Assembly: GCF_009914755.1 (NCBI RefSeq)
Contig: NC_060944.1
Length of the DNA: 64,000 nt
From: the human T2T-CHM13v2.0 reference genome, Homo sapiens
Reading direction: 5' to 3' (one strand)
Positions 24,520-38,442 of the stretch are shown piece after piece. The notes below the pieces were generated by a model. That model was given only the letters and a program-made list of their open reading frames with translations. It was not told the origin of the DNA and ran no database searches. Position numbers and translations under genes: made by a program. Every line of letters starts with the position of its first letter. The first letter of the stretch is position 1.

Positions 24520-25926
24520 CTACACTGAGATTATAGAGATATTAAAATGATCTGACAAAGATTTTAAAGCAGTCATTAGACAAATGCTTCAGTAAGCAAT
24601 TATGAACGTACTTAAAAAAGGTTTTTAAAAAAGATTTTAGAAAAGAAATAGAATATATAAAAAAGAACCAAATAGAGATTTCAGAAGTGAAAATACAATA
24701 ATCAGAATAAAAAACTCAGTGGATGGGTTTAACATCTGAATAGAGGGGAGAGATGAAAGAATCGTAAATGATCTGGAAGATAGAACAACAGAAATGACCC
24801 AATCTGAACAAAAGAGAGAAAATAGACTTAAAAACTTAGAAACTCAGAGACTTGTATGATTATAACAAAATAGGTAACATTTATGTCACTGGAGTACCAG
24901 AAATAAAGGAAAAAGTGAGTGGGGCTGAAAAAGTAAATGAAGAAGTAATGACTGAAAACTTCCTAAGGTTGCCAAAAGACATAAACCTATAAATTCAAGT
25001 TTAAGTAAACCCCAGACAGGATAAACTCAAAGAAATTCACACTAAGACACATTATAAGCAAGCTTCTGAAAACTAAATATAAAGAAAATAATCTTGGAAA
25101 GCAGCAAGAGAGAAATTACACCTTACGTACAGAGGAAAAACCCATTATGACAGATTTCTCATTAAAAAAAACATGCAAGTCAAGAGGAAGTGATACAATA
25201 TTTTTCAATTACTGAAAGAAAAGAAATGTCAACACAGAATCCTACATCCAGTGAAAACTTACTTCCAAAATGAAGGGAAAACCAAAGCATTCTCAGATAG
25301 AAGAAAAAAAAAAAAAGAGAATTTGTCACTAGCAGACCTACCCTAAAAGAATGCTAAATCAGTTATCTAAACAGAAATAAAATGATAAAATAGAAATCAC
25401 GGTATATTGGGGGAAAGAAAACAAGGTAAGCAAAAGTGTAGATAATTACAATAGACTTTCATTCTTCTCTTGAGTTTTAAAAATTTTATTTGACATTTGA
25501 AGCAAAAATTATAACACTATCTGATGTGGTTCTAAATGTACATAGTGCAAATATTTAATTTTTACCCTCTCTAATGATAATTATATTGTATTATCATTAG
25601 GGAGGGTAAAAAGACATGAATTATATTATCATTAGGGAGGGTAAAGAGACATGAAGGGAGGTAAGGTTACTACATTTCACTGGAACTGGTAAAATGATAG
25701 CTGTGATAAATTATGTATATATAATATAATACCTAGAGGAACACTAAAAAATTGATTCAAAGTGATACACCCAAAGCCACTATAGGTAAATCAAAACAGA
25801 ATTCTAAAAAATGTCCAAGTAACATACAGAAAGATAGCAATATATCAAAAGAATTATACACCAAGCGGAGTTTACTCCAGGAGCACAAAGCTAGTTCAAT
25901 GTTTGAAATCAGTATTAACCACCATA

Positions 25927-26053
25927 GGCTGGATGTAGTGGCATGCGTTCATAGTCCCAGCTACTGAAGAGGCTGAGGTGGGAGGATCTCTTAAGCCTAA
26001 GAATTTGAGTCTAGCCTGGGCAACATAGCAAGCTCTCATCTCAAAAAACAAAA
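25927..26053 (+). mobile_element. Alu monomer (FLAM-like)
   Basis: Single ~125-bp left-arm-type monomer with short A tail. Confidence 0.8.
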
Positions 26054-26910
26054 TCGACCACCGTATTAACAGGTTAAAGAAGAAAAGCCATATGATCATA
26101 TCAATTAATGCAGAAGTATTAGATAAAATTCAACACTCATTCATGATAAAAACTCTTAGAAAAATAGTAATAGAGGGGAACTTTCTCAACTTAATAAAAA
26201 GCATCTATAAAAACCTAGAGCTAACATTACACTTAATGATGAAAGACTGAATGCTTTCTTCATAAGACTGGGAATAAGGCAAGGATGTGTGCTCTCACCA
26301 GTCTTATTAAACATAGTGCTAGAAGTTCTAGCCAGAGCAATAAAGCAAGGAAAGGAAATAAATGACATTCAAAACCAGAAAGAAGAAATAAAATGATCTC
26401 AATTTTCAGATAACGTGATGGCTTTCTTCAGAAATCACAAGGAATATACAAAGATACTCTTGAAACTAATAAGTGAGTTTAGCAAGGTTGCAGGATACAA
26501 GAGAAATATACAAAAATCAGCAGCATTTCTATATACTAGCAATTAACATGTGGGTACCAGAATGGTACCAATGCCATTTACAATCCCTCAAAAAATGCTT
26601 AGGTGGAAACCTAACAAAACATGTACAAGACTTGTATGCTGAGAACTAGACAACATTGCCCAAAGAAGAGTTCTATACAAATGGACATATTATATTCATA
26701 GTTTGGAAGGCTCAACAGAGTGAAGGTGTTAATCCTCCTTAAATTGAAAGGTTTAACACAATTCTTATCAAAATCCATGAAGGATTTTAAAAAATAGATA
26801 TAGATAAGTTTATTCTAAATTTTATATAAAAGGACAAAAGAACTAAAATATCTCAAACAGTTCTGAAAATGAAAAATAAAACAGTAAGAAACAGTCTACC
26901 TGATTCCAAG

Positions 26911-27271
26911 GTATCTTAGTCAGTTTGGGATGCTATTACAAAGTATCATAGACTGGGTGGCTTATAAACAACAAACATTTATTTCTCATGGTTCTGGATG
27001 CTGTACATCTGAGATCAGGGTGTCACCATGACTCTGCTCTGGTGAGGGCCCTCTTCCTAGTTGCAGACTGCTATCTTCTCACTGTACTTTCCCATGGTGG
27101 AAAGAGGGCAAGAGAGCTCTCTGGGGTACCTTTTATAGGGCACTAACACATTCATGAGGGCTTCGTCCTCATGACTTATCTCCCAAAGCCCTCACCTCCT
27201 CATACCATTACACTGGAGGTTAGGATTTCAACATGAATTTTGGCGGGTACACAAGCATTCCATATGTTGCA
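26911..27271 (-). mobile_element. MLT1A-like MaLR solo LTR
   Basis: 'tcttagtcagtttgggatgctattacaaagtatcatagactgggtggcttataaacaac...ggttaggatttcaacatgaattttgg'. Confidence 0.85.
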
Positions 27272-28366
27272 GAAAGCTTACTGTGTAATTACAGTTAATT
27301 AAGACTATGTCATATTGGTAGAGAGATAAACATATAGATCAATGGAGCAGAATAGGGAACTCAGAAATAACCCCAAACAGTTAGAGTCAAGTGATTTTTA
27401 ACAATGATCCAAAAGCAATTTAACAGAGGAAGGAAAGCCTTTTTAATAAATAGTGCTGGAGTAATTGGACGTCCATAGGCACAAAATAAGCCTTGACCAA
27501 AGTCTTACATCTAACACAAAAATGAACTCAAATAGATCATGTAAATGTAAAATGCAAAACTATATAATTTTAGAGAAAAAGGAGAAAATATTGTGAATTC
27601 AGAGCTAGACTTGATACCAAAAATACAATCTATAAAGTTAAAAATTGATAAATTTTACCTCTTTGAAATTAATAACTTTTGCTCTGCAAAAGACCTGTTA
27701 AGAGTATGAAAAGACAAACTAGAAACTAGAAGAAAATAATTGCAAAACAACATACCTAGCAAAGGATTAATATCTAGAAAATATAAAGAACTATCAATCA
27801 CAACAGTAAAACAAAACCCAAAAAATCCTATTAGAAAATAGGAAAAAGACATGAAGGAACATTTCACCAAAGAGGACCTACAAATAAGAGGATAACAAAT
27901 TTCATTTCACCAAAGAGGATAACAAATAAGACAAGAAAACGTGTTAAACGTCAGTACCAATGGTGTTGCAGTAGATAACGCAGTAGACGATGTCAGTTAC
28001 TACATATCTATCAGAATGCTTAAAATAGTGATGACACCAAATACTGGTGAGGATTTGGAGAGACTAGATCATTCAGACATTGCTATTGGGAATATAAAGT
28101 AGTATATTCACTATGGAAAGCAGTTTGGCCAGTTTTCTGAAATCTAAATACTAAACTAGCACACAACCTAGTAATTGCACTCCTGGGCATTTATGAGAAA
28201 TGAGCACTTATGTTCATACCAAAACCTGTACACAAATGTTCACAGAAGGTTTCTTTGTAATAGTCCTAAGCTGAAAACAACCCTGATGTCCTTCAATTAA
28301 AGGCTTAAACAAGCCGTGGTACATTCATGCCATGAATACTTCTCAGAGTAAAAAGGGGTAGCAATT

Positions 28367-29042
28367 CAAGAAACAACAGATGCTGGCAAGGTTGGAGAGG
28401 AAGAGGAATGCTTTTACACTGTTGACAGGAATGTAAATTAGTCCAACCATTGTGGAAGACAGTGTGGCGATTCCTCAAAGATCTAGAATCAGAAATACTA
28501 TTTGACCCAGCAATCCCATTACTGGATATACACCCAAAGGAATATAAATCATTCTATTATGAAGGTACATGCATGTTTATGTTCATTGCAGCACTACTCA
28601 CAATAGCAAAGACATGGAATCGACCCAAATGCCTGTCAATGATAGACTGGATAAAGAAAATATGGTACATATACACCATGGAATACTATGCAGCCATAAA
28701 AAGGAATGAGGTCATGTCCTTTGCAGGGACATGGATGGAGCTTGAAGCCATTATCCTGCAAACTAATGCAGGAACAGAAAACCAAACACCACTTGTTCTC
28801 ACTTACAAGTGGGAGCTGAACAATGAGAACACATGGACACTGGTGTAGGGGGCACAACCCACACTGGGGCTTGTGTGGGGGTGGGGGAGGGAGAGCATCA
28901 GGAAAAATAGCTAATGCATGCTGGGTTTAATACCTAGGTGATGGGCTGATCTCTGCAGCAAACCACCATGGCACACGTTTACCTTTGTAACAAACCTGCA
29001 CACCCTGCACATACACTGAGAACTTAAAAGTTGAAAAAAAAA
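28367..29042 (+). mobile_element. 5'-truncated L1PA8-10-like 3' end
   Basis: ORF 28450-28848 ORF2 C-terminus; poly-A; degenerate TSD aaaaggggtagcaatt (28351-28366) / aaaaagggtgacaatt (29043-29058). Confidence 0.9.
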
Positions 29043-29449
29043 AAAAAGGGTGACAATTGATACACTACAATGGCCTGGATGAATCTCCAGAGAATTATGC
29101 CAAGTGAAAAAAGCCAATCCTAATAAGTGACATACTGTACAATTCTACTTACATAGCATTCTTGAAATGACAAAATTGTAGAATAGATTAGTGGTTTTCA
29201 GGGATTAAAGCGGGGGTAAGGATGGAAGGAATGTGGGTGGGCCTATAAAAGGGCACCATGAGGGATTCTTGTGGTGGTGAAATGTTCTGTATCTTGACTG
29301 TATCAATGTCAATATCCTGATTGTGATATTGTACTATAGTTTTTCAAAATGTTATTATAGGGTGAAACCAGCTAAAGGATATATTGAATCTATCATTCCT
29401 TGCAACTTCATGTGAATCTACAATTATTTCAATATAAAAATTTAATTTA

Positions 29450-29806
<357 letters not shown>

Positions 29807-29868
29807 TTAACTCTGTATTTAATTGCCTTGAACCTATAGGTAATGTTACACAAATGCAAAGTACAGTG

Positions 29869-30171
29869 TTTTTTTTTTATTTTTTTGAGACAGAGTCTCA
29901 CACTGTCACCCAGGCTGGAGTGCAGTGGCTTGATCTCAGCTCACTGCAACCTCCACCCACCACCGGTTCAAGTGATTCTCCTGCCTCAGCCTCCGGAGTA
30001 GCTGGGACTACAGGCACGTGCCACCATGCCCAGCTAATCTTTTTTGAATTTTTAGTAGAGACGGGGTTTCACAATGTTGGCCAAGTTGGTCTCGATCTCT
30101 TGACCTCATGATCCACCTGCCTCAGCCTCCCAAAGTTCTGGGATTACAGGTGTGAGCCACTGGCGCCCAGC
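29869..30171 (-). mobile_element. AluS (Sc-like)
   Basis: Full dimer; 'ctcgatctcttgacctcatgatcc' diagnostic-like segment. Confidence 0.92.
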
Positions 30172-30249
30172 ACCCCCACTTTTTTTTTCTTTCTTTTTAC
30201 TTGACCCATCTTTACCCACATCACCCCCACCATTAATTGTTTTTAAAGC

Positions 30250-31050
30250 CTTCTATGGCAAAAATGAGTGGTAGACCATTTTAGTAAATAAACGACAGAT
30301 TTTGAAAAATATCAGTAATGCAGATGGCAGAGTTAATAGCTTTAATGTTAAAAGAGATTTTACAGATTCACGAGGGAAAGACCAATTACCCAATGGAAAA
30401 AAAAATGGACAAGATTTGAAGAGATGATTCACAGAAGAGCAAATTCAAATGGTCAATCTACATGTGACAAACTCACCAGCAGCAGAGAAATGCAAATTGA
30501 AGTAACAATGAATATTATGTTATACCCATGAGACTTGCAAAAAAAAGAGAAAAAAGGATATCACTTGCAGGGATGGGAGGGCAGAAGGCAGTTTCGTTTC
30601 TTGCTATGGAAAATGTGAATTATAAATAGCAATCTGGCAACATCTTTTATAAATTCATTGAACCATGCATGTAAAAATTGTGCACTTTGCTGTTTGTAAA
30701 TTATATCTGAATAAAAGTAAACAAAAATTAAAAAAATACATCTACCCTTGCTGCAGTAGTACCGTCTTGGAAATCTATCCCAGGAACTAAAACCACTGTC
30801 AATGCATAAAGACATTGATACAGAGATACTTATTACAACATTGTTTATTGTGCTGAAAGAAATAGAGAATAAAGAATGTCCGTAAATGGAGGCATGCTTG
30901 AATATGGTATAACCACATCATGGGATATTATGCAGCCATTAAAAATATATCAGTTACACCGATGACTTGGAGGCATTTTCCCAAGCATTGTTGAGTAAGA
31001 AAAGCTAGCTGTAGAAAAGCATGAATAACGTGGTTCCATTTTTATAAAGT
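30250..31050 (+). mobile_element. Ancient L1ME-type 3' ORF2/3' UTR fragment
   Basis: 'aaaaatggacaagatttgaagagatgattcacagaagagcaaattcaaatggtcaat...gaaatgcaaattgaa' highly decayed L1. Confidence 0.6.
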
Positions 31051-31904
31051 AATTGCTAAGGAATGCTGTACATACGTGTATGTGTCTGTTTATATATGCA
31101 CATGTATATGTTATTGAATTTCTTTTCCCACACTCATTAACAGTTGAGAGGATTATCAAGTTCAGCCTCCCAGAGAGAGTAAAGATTTATCCAGACATGC
31201 TTCCATTTCCCGTACTGTGCATATATATATACCAACTGCATTTGGGGACCTGGAGAAGTAGCCCCACTGGCCCATCAGTATACTCTCTAGGCTTGCAGGA
31301 TTCACGAGTTAAGGAAACATCCTTTGGCAGCACACTTTTGGTTAACACCACCCACTTCCTTGTGGATTAACTGTGACAGTTTCAGTGACATAATATCACC
31401 CACAAACAGCAGAGGACTCAAATGGAATCATGTTGCTAAATTGTCTACCCACCACTCTCTCCTCCTGGTAACTGTTTTCACTGTTTCTTTATGTAGCCAC
31501 CTCCTTTCTCAACCTCACTTAAAAGGTATTTCGTTTCTATTTAAAGTTGTTTTCAAATGTTTTGAATATGCTGGGGAAATAATATAATAAGTACATGCAA
31601 CGTCTGTTGAGTCTGGCACATGGTGAGTGTTATACACATTAGGCTCTGATAGGCAGTTGGAGGAGGGGCACACAGGGGAGAGGAAGAAGCAGAAAGAGGC
31701 CAAAAGCTGGAACCACCTGTTGTGGAAGGAGGAGATGCTCCCTATCCCTTTCCCACAGTCCTCTCAGGCTGACGGTGCTCTTCCTTGCGTTTTATTCTTA
31801 TGGGGAGGCCTAGGAACAGAGGCCAACTTTCTCTTCCCCTTAGGGAGAACACTGTTAATATCAGGAAAATAAAAAGATTATTTACATTAAAAATAATTCA
31901 AAAT

Positions 31905-32408
31905 TATTATAAAATTAATTAAAGTACCACTGCACACCTATAAGAATGGCCAAAACCCAGAACTCTGACAACATCAAATGGGGGCAACATTGTGGAGCCA
32001 ACAGGAACTCTCATTCATTGCTGGTGGAAATGCAAAATGGTACAGCCACTTTGGATGACAGTTCGGCAGCTTATTGCAAAATGAAACATACTCTTACCAT
32101 AGGATCCAGCAATCGCACTCCCTGTTATCTACCTAAAGGAGGTAAAAAATTATGTCCACACTTAATTATGCCTGTGGATGTTTATAGCAGCTTGATTCAT
32201 AATTTCCAAAACTTGGAAGCAACCAAGATGTCCTTCAGTATGTAAATGGATAAATAAACTGTGGTACATCCAGACAATTAAATATTATTCATTGCTTAAA
32301 AAAAAGAGGAGCTATAAAGCAATGAAAAGACATGGAGGAAACTTAAATGCATATTATTAGAAGCCAATTTGAAAAGGCTGATTCCAATTATATGACATTC
32401 TGGAAAAG
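31905..32408 (+). mobile_element. L1MC-type fragment
   Basis: 'taagaatggccaaaacccagaactctgacaacatcaaatg...caggaactctcattcattgctggtggaaatgcaaaatggtacagccactttgg'. Confidence 0.8.
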
Positions 32409-32630
32409 GATCACAGGGTAGGTTCATGTTTAATTTTAGCAGAGTTTGCCAGTCTTCCAAAGAGGTTGTACTGCTTTATGCTTTCATATATAAGAGTTCT
32501 GGTTGCTCTCCAGCCTCACCAATACTTGATCTCATCAGTCTTTAATTTTAGCCATTCTGGAGGGTGTGTAGACGTATCTCACTGTAGTTTTAATTTGCTG
32601 TCCCCTGATAAGTAGTGATGTAGAGCACCT
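32409..32630 (-). mobile_element. Old L1M fragment
   Basis: 'ttttagccattctggagggtgtgtagacgtatctcactgtagttttaatttgc' antisense L1 ORF2 3' region. Confidence 0.65.
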
Positions 32631-33151
32631 TGGGAAGCATCCTAATATAGAATGTCTTTGAATGACCAGACATCTACATTTTCTTGTCTCTTTTTTTGTC
32701 CAGATGATTCATTTTAGAATATCTCTTTGAGCTAGCCTCCAGAATTGTACTACCTACAATTCAGAATTAAGGAAGACCTGTAAGATAAGTTGGCACTCCT
32801 GATATCTTCCACCTCCCACTGGTCCCCAACTTTAGGGATGTGAGTGATGAATTAAAATGAGCAAGGAATCATTAGTAGGAAAGTTGAGAATTTATAGAAC
32901 AAAGACTTAGAAACTTGGAGAGCTCGAATAATACATCCGTGGATAGAGGCTTGGACATAGGAAGGATCCTGAGAGCTAGCTGTGAGATCCAGTATTGTAC
33001 TCATAGTTTTTTTTTTTTTATGTACAGCACATAGACAATTTTCAAAAGACTCTTCCCCCATAAGGTTTGCCATCAAATTAATTGGCTTAATTAGTGTTTC
33101 TAAAGGAATGGGAAAGAGGTCAAGATAGTAAAACCAACAAATCCTTTACCT

Positions 33152-33308
33152 TAGTACATCTCATATTGTAATGTGCACAGGAATCACCTGGGGATCTCGT
33201 TAAACTGAAGATCCTGATTCTGCAGTCTGAGGGGAGAATCTGCAGCTCTAACAAGCTCTCAGGTGATGCTGATGCTGCTGGTCTGCAGAATACACTTTGA
33301 GTAGCAAG
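33152..33308. mobile_element. MER5A/B (hAT-Charlie MITE)
   Basis: 'gaatcacctggggatctcgttaaa...ctaacaagctctcaggtgatgctgatgctgctggtc...cactttgagtagcaag'. Confidence 0.8.
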
Positions 33309-33481
33309 AGTCTAAAATCATTTATATATGGCATTTAAAATGTTTTTCTTAAGGAAGATCTCACTAGGGAACTTCTCAGATCCAAACATTTTTATTTGCT
33401 TTCAATTCTTTTTTTTTTTTTTGTTACATTTGGCTAATAATGCCCTCATAGCTCTGATCATATTTAATCATGGTTAGTTGT

Positions 33482-33890
33482 TGTTTTAGTTTGTGTTGCT
33501 GTAAAGGAATACCTGAGGCTGGGTAAGTTATGCAAAGAAAGTCTTATCTGGCTCATGATTCTGCTGGCTGAAAGTTTGGGCATCTGATGAAAGCCTAGGC
33601 TGCTTCCCCTCATGGTGGAAGGTGAAGGGGAGCTGGGCATGTGCAGAGATCACATGGTGAGAGAGGAAGCAAGAGAGAGCAGGGGAGATGCCAGGCTCTT
33701 TTTAACAACAAGTCCTCTCAGGAACTCATAGAAGGAGAACTCACCCACCCTTGCCCCCAGGGAGGGCATTAATCTGTTCACGAGGGATCTGTCCTCCTGA
33801 CCCAAACATCTCACATTAGGTCTCACCTTCAACACTGAGGATCAAATTTCAACATGAGGTCTGGAGGGGACAAATATTCAAACGACATCA
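33482..33890 (-). mobile_element. MSTB-like MaLR solo LTR
   Basis: TG...CA ends, 'aaggaatacctgaggctgggtaa', flanking repeat agttgt at 33476-33481 and 33891-33896. Confidence 0.9.
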
Positions 33891-34681
33891 AGTTGTTAAA
33901 TGTCAGCTTACCACATCACGCTGAATTCATTGTTTATAGGTACTGTGTCTCATTAAATTTTGTACCCCTAGAACTTCATTCTTGGTAGGAATTTAACAAG
34001 ACGTTTGGGTTAATACGGGGCCAATTAAATACATTGTGGTTGATCCATACAACAGAATATTATGTAGCATTAAATTAAAAAGGCAGATCTATACGCATTG
34101 CTGCTGGAAGAGGTTCAACTTGCCCAGCCTGGGGATAACATGGAGGTTAGCAAGAACTTCCTGGAAGTCAATTCTTAAGGATGAGTAGCCAGGGAAATAA
34201 GAGGGAATTTCTGGGAAGTCATGGAGAAGAAAGTGTATATCATCAGCTTTGTGGTGAAGATTGTTCACCCGTGCATGGGAGACAGCAGGAGAATACTTTC
34301 ATGGAGAAATAAAGCAATGGGCACAAGACCCCAGAGCACCACAGGGCAGGGTAGAGAGACTGAGATGTGGCTGGAGTCACATGGAGTCCCCAGAGGGATG
34401 CTGTCTGTGTCCCGCAGCCTCTCATGCTTCCCATACTGCAGTGCACTCCACTGTCCCCTGACTACTGCCCTCTCGTTTCACCCCTCTGTAGGCTGTGAGG
34501 CCCACAGTTTCCATCCGGTGTTGAAAAATATCCTGTGTTGGGGGTGAAAATTACCGCTTCTTCATCTTTAATTCTCTTATTTGTGTTTGTAACGGGCATT
34601 ATATTTCAAGGCCACAGAACTCGGAGTTGCAAAATGGAAGTTTCCTTTGTTTTCTAAAAGAATTTAATCATCTTGAACCTC

Positions 34682-35110
34682 TGTAGCTGACACCGTTGAT
34701 GGCCCACAATGTTTCCTCAGCATTCATTATTCCAGTATATGCTAACCCTGTGGCTTCTTACTGTACCTCCTTGCCTGAGGGCTTTCTCTGGCTACTCCTG
34801 ATGGGTGGGGTGGGCTGGAAGGACCAGAGAGTTAACCAGGAAGCAGACTTAGCTAATGACTGACCCAGCTTCTTCGTTCCTATTGATGGTGGGTGAGAAT
34901 TCCAAGGGATGCTCTGTGCAGTCTCCCAGAGGTCTCACAGACTATGTCCCAGGTGCCCACAGCAGTATCTGCCCAGCCTTTACGGGCTGACTTTATGCCT
35001 CACTTCCCCACTCCCTTGCTAGTATTTTCTGAGACTACTTCCCAAATAAGCCGCTTGCACTCAAATCTTTGCCTCACAGTCTGCTTCTGGGGTAACCCAA
35101 ACCGAGACAG
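34682..35110 (+). mobile_element. LTR16-family ERVL solo LTR
   Basis: Starts tgtagctgacacc, ends 'cccaaataagccgcttgcactcaaatctttgcctcacagtctgcttctggggtaacccaaaccgagaca'. Confidence 0.75.
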
Positions 35111-35696
35111 CCCCCCCTTTCTACCAGAATACCTAATGCTTAATTCAGTCACTTCAGGCAAATGTAGCTATTTGCAGATTTTTCAGTCATTTCACATGTA
35201 AACTCAGTCAGCTAGGAGTTTCTTCCCTGCCTTTGTTATGTATAACCAGAATTCTGGGGGCCAGAGGAGGACAAGGGTTGTGGTGTTCACATGTAGGATG
35301 TAGACGGATTTTTGCTTATTTTCCAGTTTTCACTGTGGCACCTTGGTTGTGCCCAGTGCCTCCACTTTGTTCTCTCTGGGGAAAGTCCTCCCATATTTGG
35401 ATGGTACCGAGGAGGAGAATCTGGGTGTCTATTTGCTTTGTAACCAGACTCTCGACCTCATTCTCTTTTCAGCATCACCTTCTGTTATGATGCCAATGCC
35501 TGAAACTTTCAGGGGTTCTGCTGAGCAAAGGGGGTTGCTTCTTGAATTTCCTCACTACTAGCCTTGAATTCCACTTTCTCAAGTCTACTAATTCAGCTAT
35601 CCCTCTTGCTACTGCTACCAAGCTTCCAAAACATGGTGGCTGGTGCTGCCTCTCTCGCTACCTTTATTTTTGTGGTTATGCCTTTTAAAAAGTTTT

Positions 35697-36032
<336 letters not shown>

Positions 36033-36139
36033 TCAGTCCATTAGTTTAAGTTGAACTGACTTCCTCTTACCAAATAGTTTTAAAACTGTCCAATCTGGAA
36101 GTTGGCAATGTTCACAGAGTGGGTCCCCATCTCACAGAA

Positions 36140-36300
36140 TGCTGATTGTCAGTCCTGGTCGGGCCTTCAGAATCCCCTGTGAACTTATTGAAACACAAAG
36201 ACAGTTGGGCCCCATTCCCAGACGTTCTGATTTCAAGCCTGGAGTGGGACCTGGGAATCTGTGTTTTAATATGCTCTACAAATGATGCTTGCAGGTTATT
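36140..36300. mobile_element. MER5A-like fragment
   Basis: 'cagaatcccctgtgaacttattgaaacaca...ttctgatttca...ggagtgggacctgggaatctgtgttttaa'. Confidence 0.6.
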
Positions 36301-36479
36301 GCAGTAGAGAAACTCCCTGCAGTAGAGAAACTCCATGGAGTAGAGAACTCCATGACAGATGATCAACCGGACCTTAGATCTTCATTGGCAGGCTGTGCAA
36401 ATAATTAGATGATTCTGAACATTAGGAAGTGATTCAATATATGTAACTCAAATCTGTATTCAGGGAACCTCTGTCTTTC

Positions 36480-36920
36480 TCCCAACTTCTACTCCTTAAG
36501 ACTATGCCCCACATGCATGATTACTATTTGTGTGACTGAGGGCAGCTACTATTTCCATTTCTCCCTTTGGGCTGTTCTTTTCTTTGGTGGACTCTTCTAC
36601 TGCTTCTTCCTAGAGCATGTTTTTCAGACCCTTCACCATCCTGGGTAGCTATTTCTGGCAATTAACTTCGGTTTATAAACATCCTGTGTGAAAATGTGGT
36701 GTTGCAAATGGAACCAAATATTCTTAGTGTCTGAATTTCAGAGTACAGGGTAGTTGTTATGTCTCTAGAGTCAGATTTTGCATACATGAATGTGGTCATT
36801 GATTATACTGTTTTGTTTGTTTGTTTTTAAAGCCTGTTGTTACTGATGGTTCAGTTTATTGTTGGAACCAGATCCTTTCCCCCAGTGAGATCTTACAGAT
36901 CTTTTAAGTCAGGTCTCCAA
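36480..36920 (-). mobile_element. CR1/L3-type ancient LINE remnant
   Basis: 'ttttcagacccttcaccatcctggg...aaaatgtggtgttgcaaatggaaccaaatattc...cagagtacaggg' resembles decayed L3; weak. Confidence 0.4.
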
Positions 36921-38153
36921 CTGCTGCACTCAATAATGAACTTTCTAACAATGTGTCAAATGAATTACTAGATGAATGAGTGAATAAATGAACCTTAACA
37001 GGAAGCTGAAGTGGCTTTTCTTGATCTCATAGGATTCTGGTGAAGTCCTAAAGGTGAGGATGGTAGGTGAAAGTTACCCTCACTTTCCAAAGGGAGGTAC
37101 TAAAATGGACAAGGCAAGATGTGGTTACCTCATTCCAAAGAGAGGTACCAGACACCCCTATGCCAGACTTAATGGAAAATAATAGAAAAGGTTCAACAGC
37201 CATCAACCCCTTCTCCTACCTCCAGTCTTCATGAGAAGACTACTGTAAATATTTGAAATAATTATTAGAGAGGCATGGGGAAAGGAAAACTCAGCCCAGT
37301 GTGGGATGCTGTGATGTCTCCTCTCTTTTCTCCATGTTTATTTCCATGCTGGCCCTGCATATTTCTTATTTCCTGGCTTGTGGCCTGCTGAGATGCAGAA
37401 TCCTGTGGTCCCATCTTGGTGTAGCCACAGGGAAGATGAAGGTGAGAGATCTTGGGAGAGGTTGGACCTGAGGCACTCATGTGAAACAAGGTCTGCGACC
37501 CACATTTTACCAGCTATGCTGAAAGAATGTTAGCTGGCACTTCCTGGAATGGCAGGGTAAGGAGGTGAGGACTTCTTGCATTTGGTGTGGCTGGGATGGG
37601 TGAGTGGATACTATAGGTGATCACCAGGTTTAAGTGGTCTTGATGGGAGCTTGCCCAAGAGGTGAGGCGACTCCAGCAGGAAGAAGGCTTGGGATGGACT
37701 GTTGTGCCAAGAATTGGAAAGAAGGAAGCACCTGAGGTTATGCAGAAAGTACATTGCCCACAGCAGAGAACTGCACGGTATGGAGGCTTGTGTGGAGACA
37801 CTTCCAAAGGCCCCACCAATGCACCCCACCAGGAGACAGGCTGAAAACCTGCCGTACACTGAAGGCCACTCCAGCCAAAGGCAAACCACAACCATAGTAT
37901 TAACCTAGTTTAACTATTTTCTCTAATCCCTCTTTCTCCTGCTTTGTCCCAGAGGAGGGAAGAAGTAAAGGAAGAGCAGAAGAACAACTCACAGTCCTTC
38001 CTCATTGCAAAGCCATGAGCCATAGATTAGGCATGAACTAGAAGGAGAATTGATGTTTCAAATTGCATATGAGGTGGTAGTTTCGATTTGAACTTGACAG
38101 AACCTGCTTTTCAGTAGCTAAGAAATGAATCAATGTCAGAATGAGACTGTTCT

Positions 38154-38442
38154 ATTTTTTTTTTTTTTTTGAGACAGTGTCTTACTCTTTTTCCCAGACT
38201 GGAGTGCAGTGGGGTGATTACAGCCTTGAAATCCCGGGCTCAAGTGATCCTCTCACCTCAGCCTCCCGAGTAGCTAGGACTACAGGTGTGCACCACCATG
38301 CCCGACTAATTTTTAAATTTTTAGTAGAGACAGGGTCTCACTGTGTTGCCCAGGCTGGTCTTGAACTCCTGGCCTCAAGTAATTCCCTTGCTTCGGACTC
38401 TCAAAGTGCTGGGATTACAGGTGTGAGCCCTGACACCCAGCC
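38154..38442 (-). mobile_element. AluJ
   Basis: Dimer; 16-bp TSD agaatgagactgttct (38138-38153) / agaatgagactattct (38443-38458). Confidence 0.92.

Noticed and set aside
37270-38130. Possible ancient LTR
   Set aside because: Repeat-like texture but I could not assign a family or boundaries.
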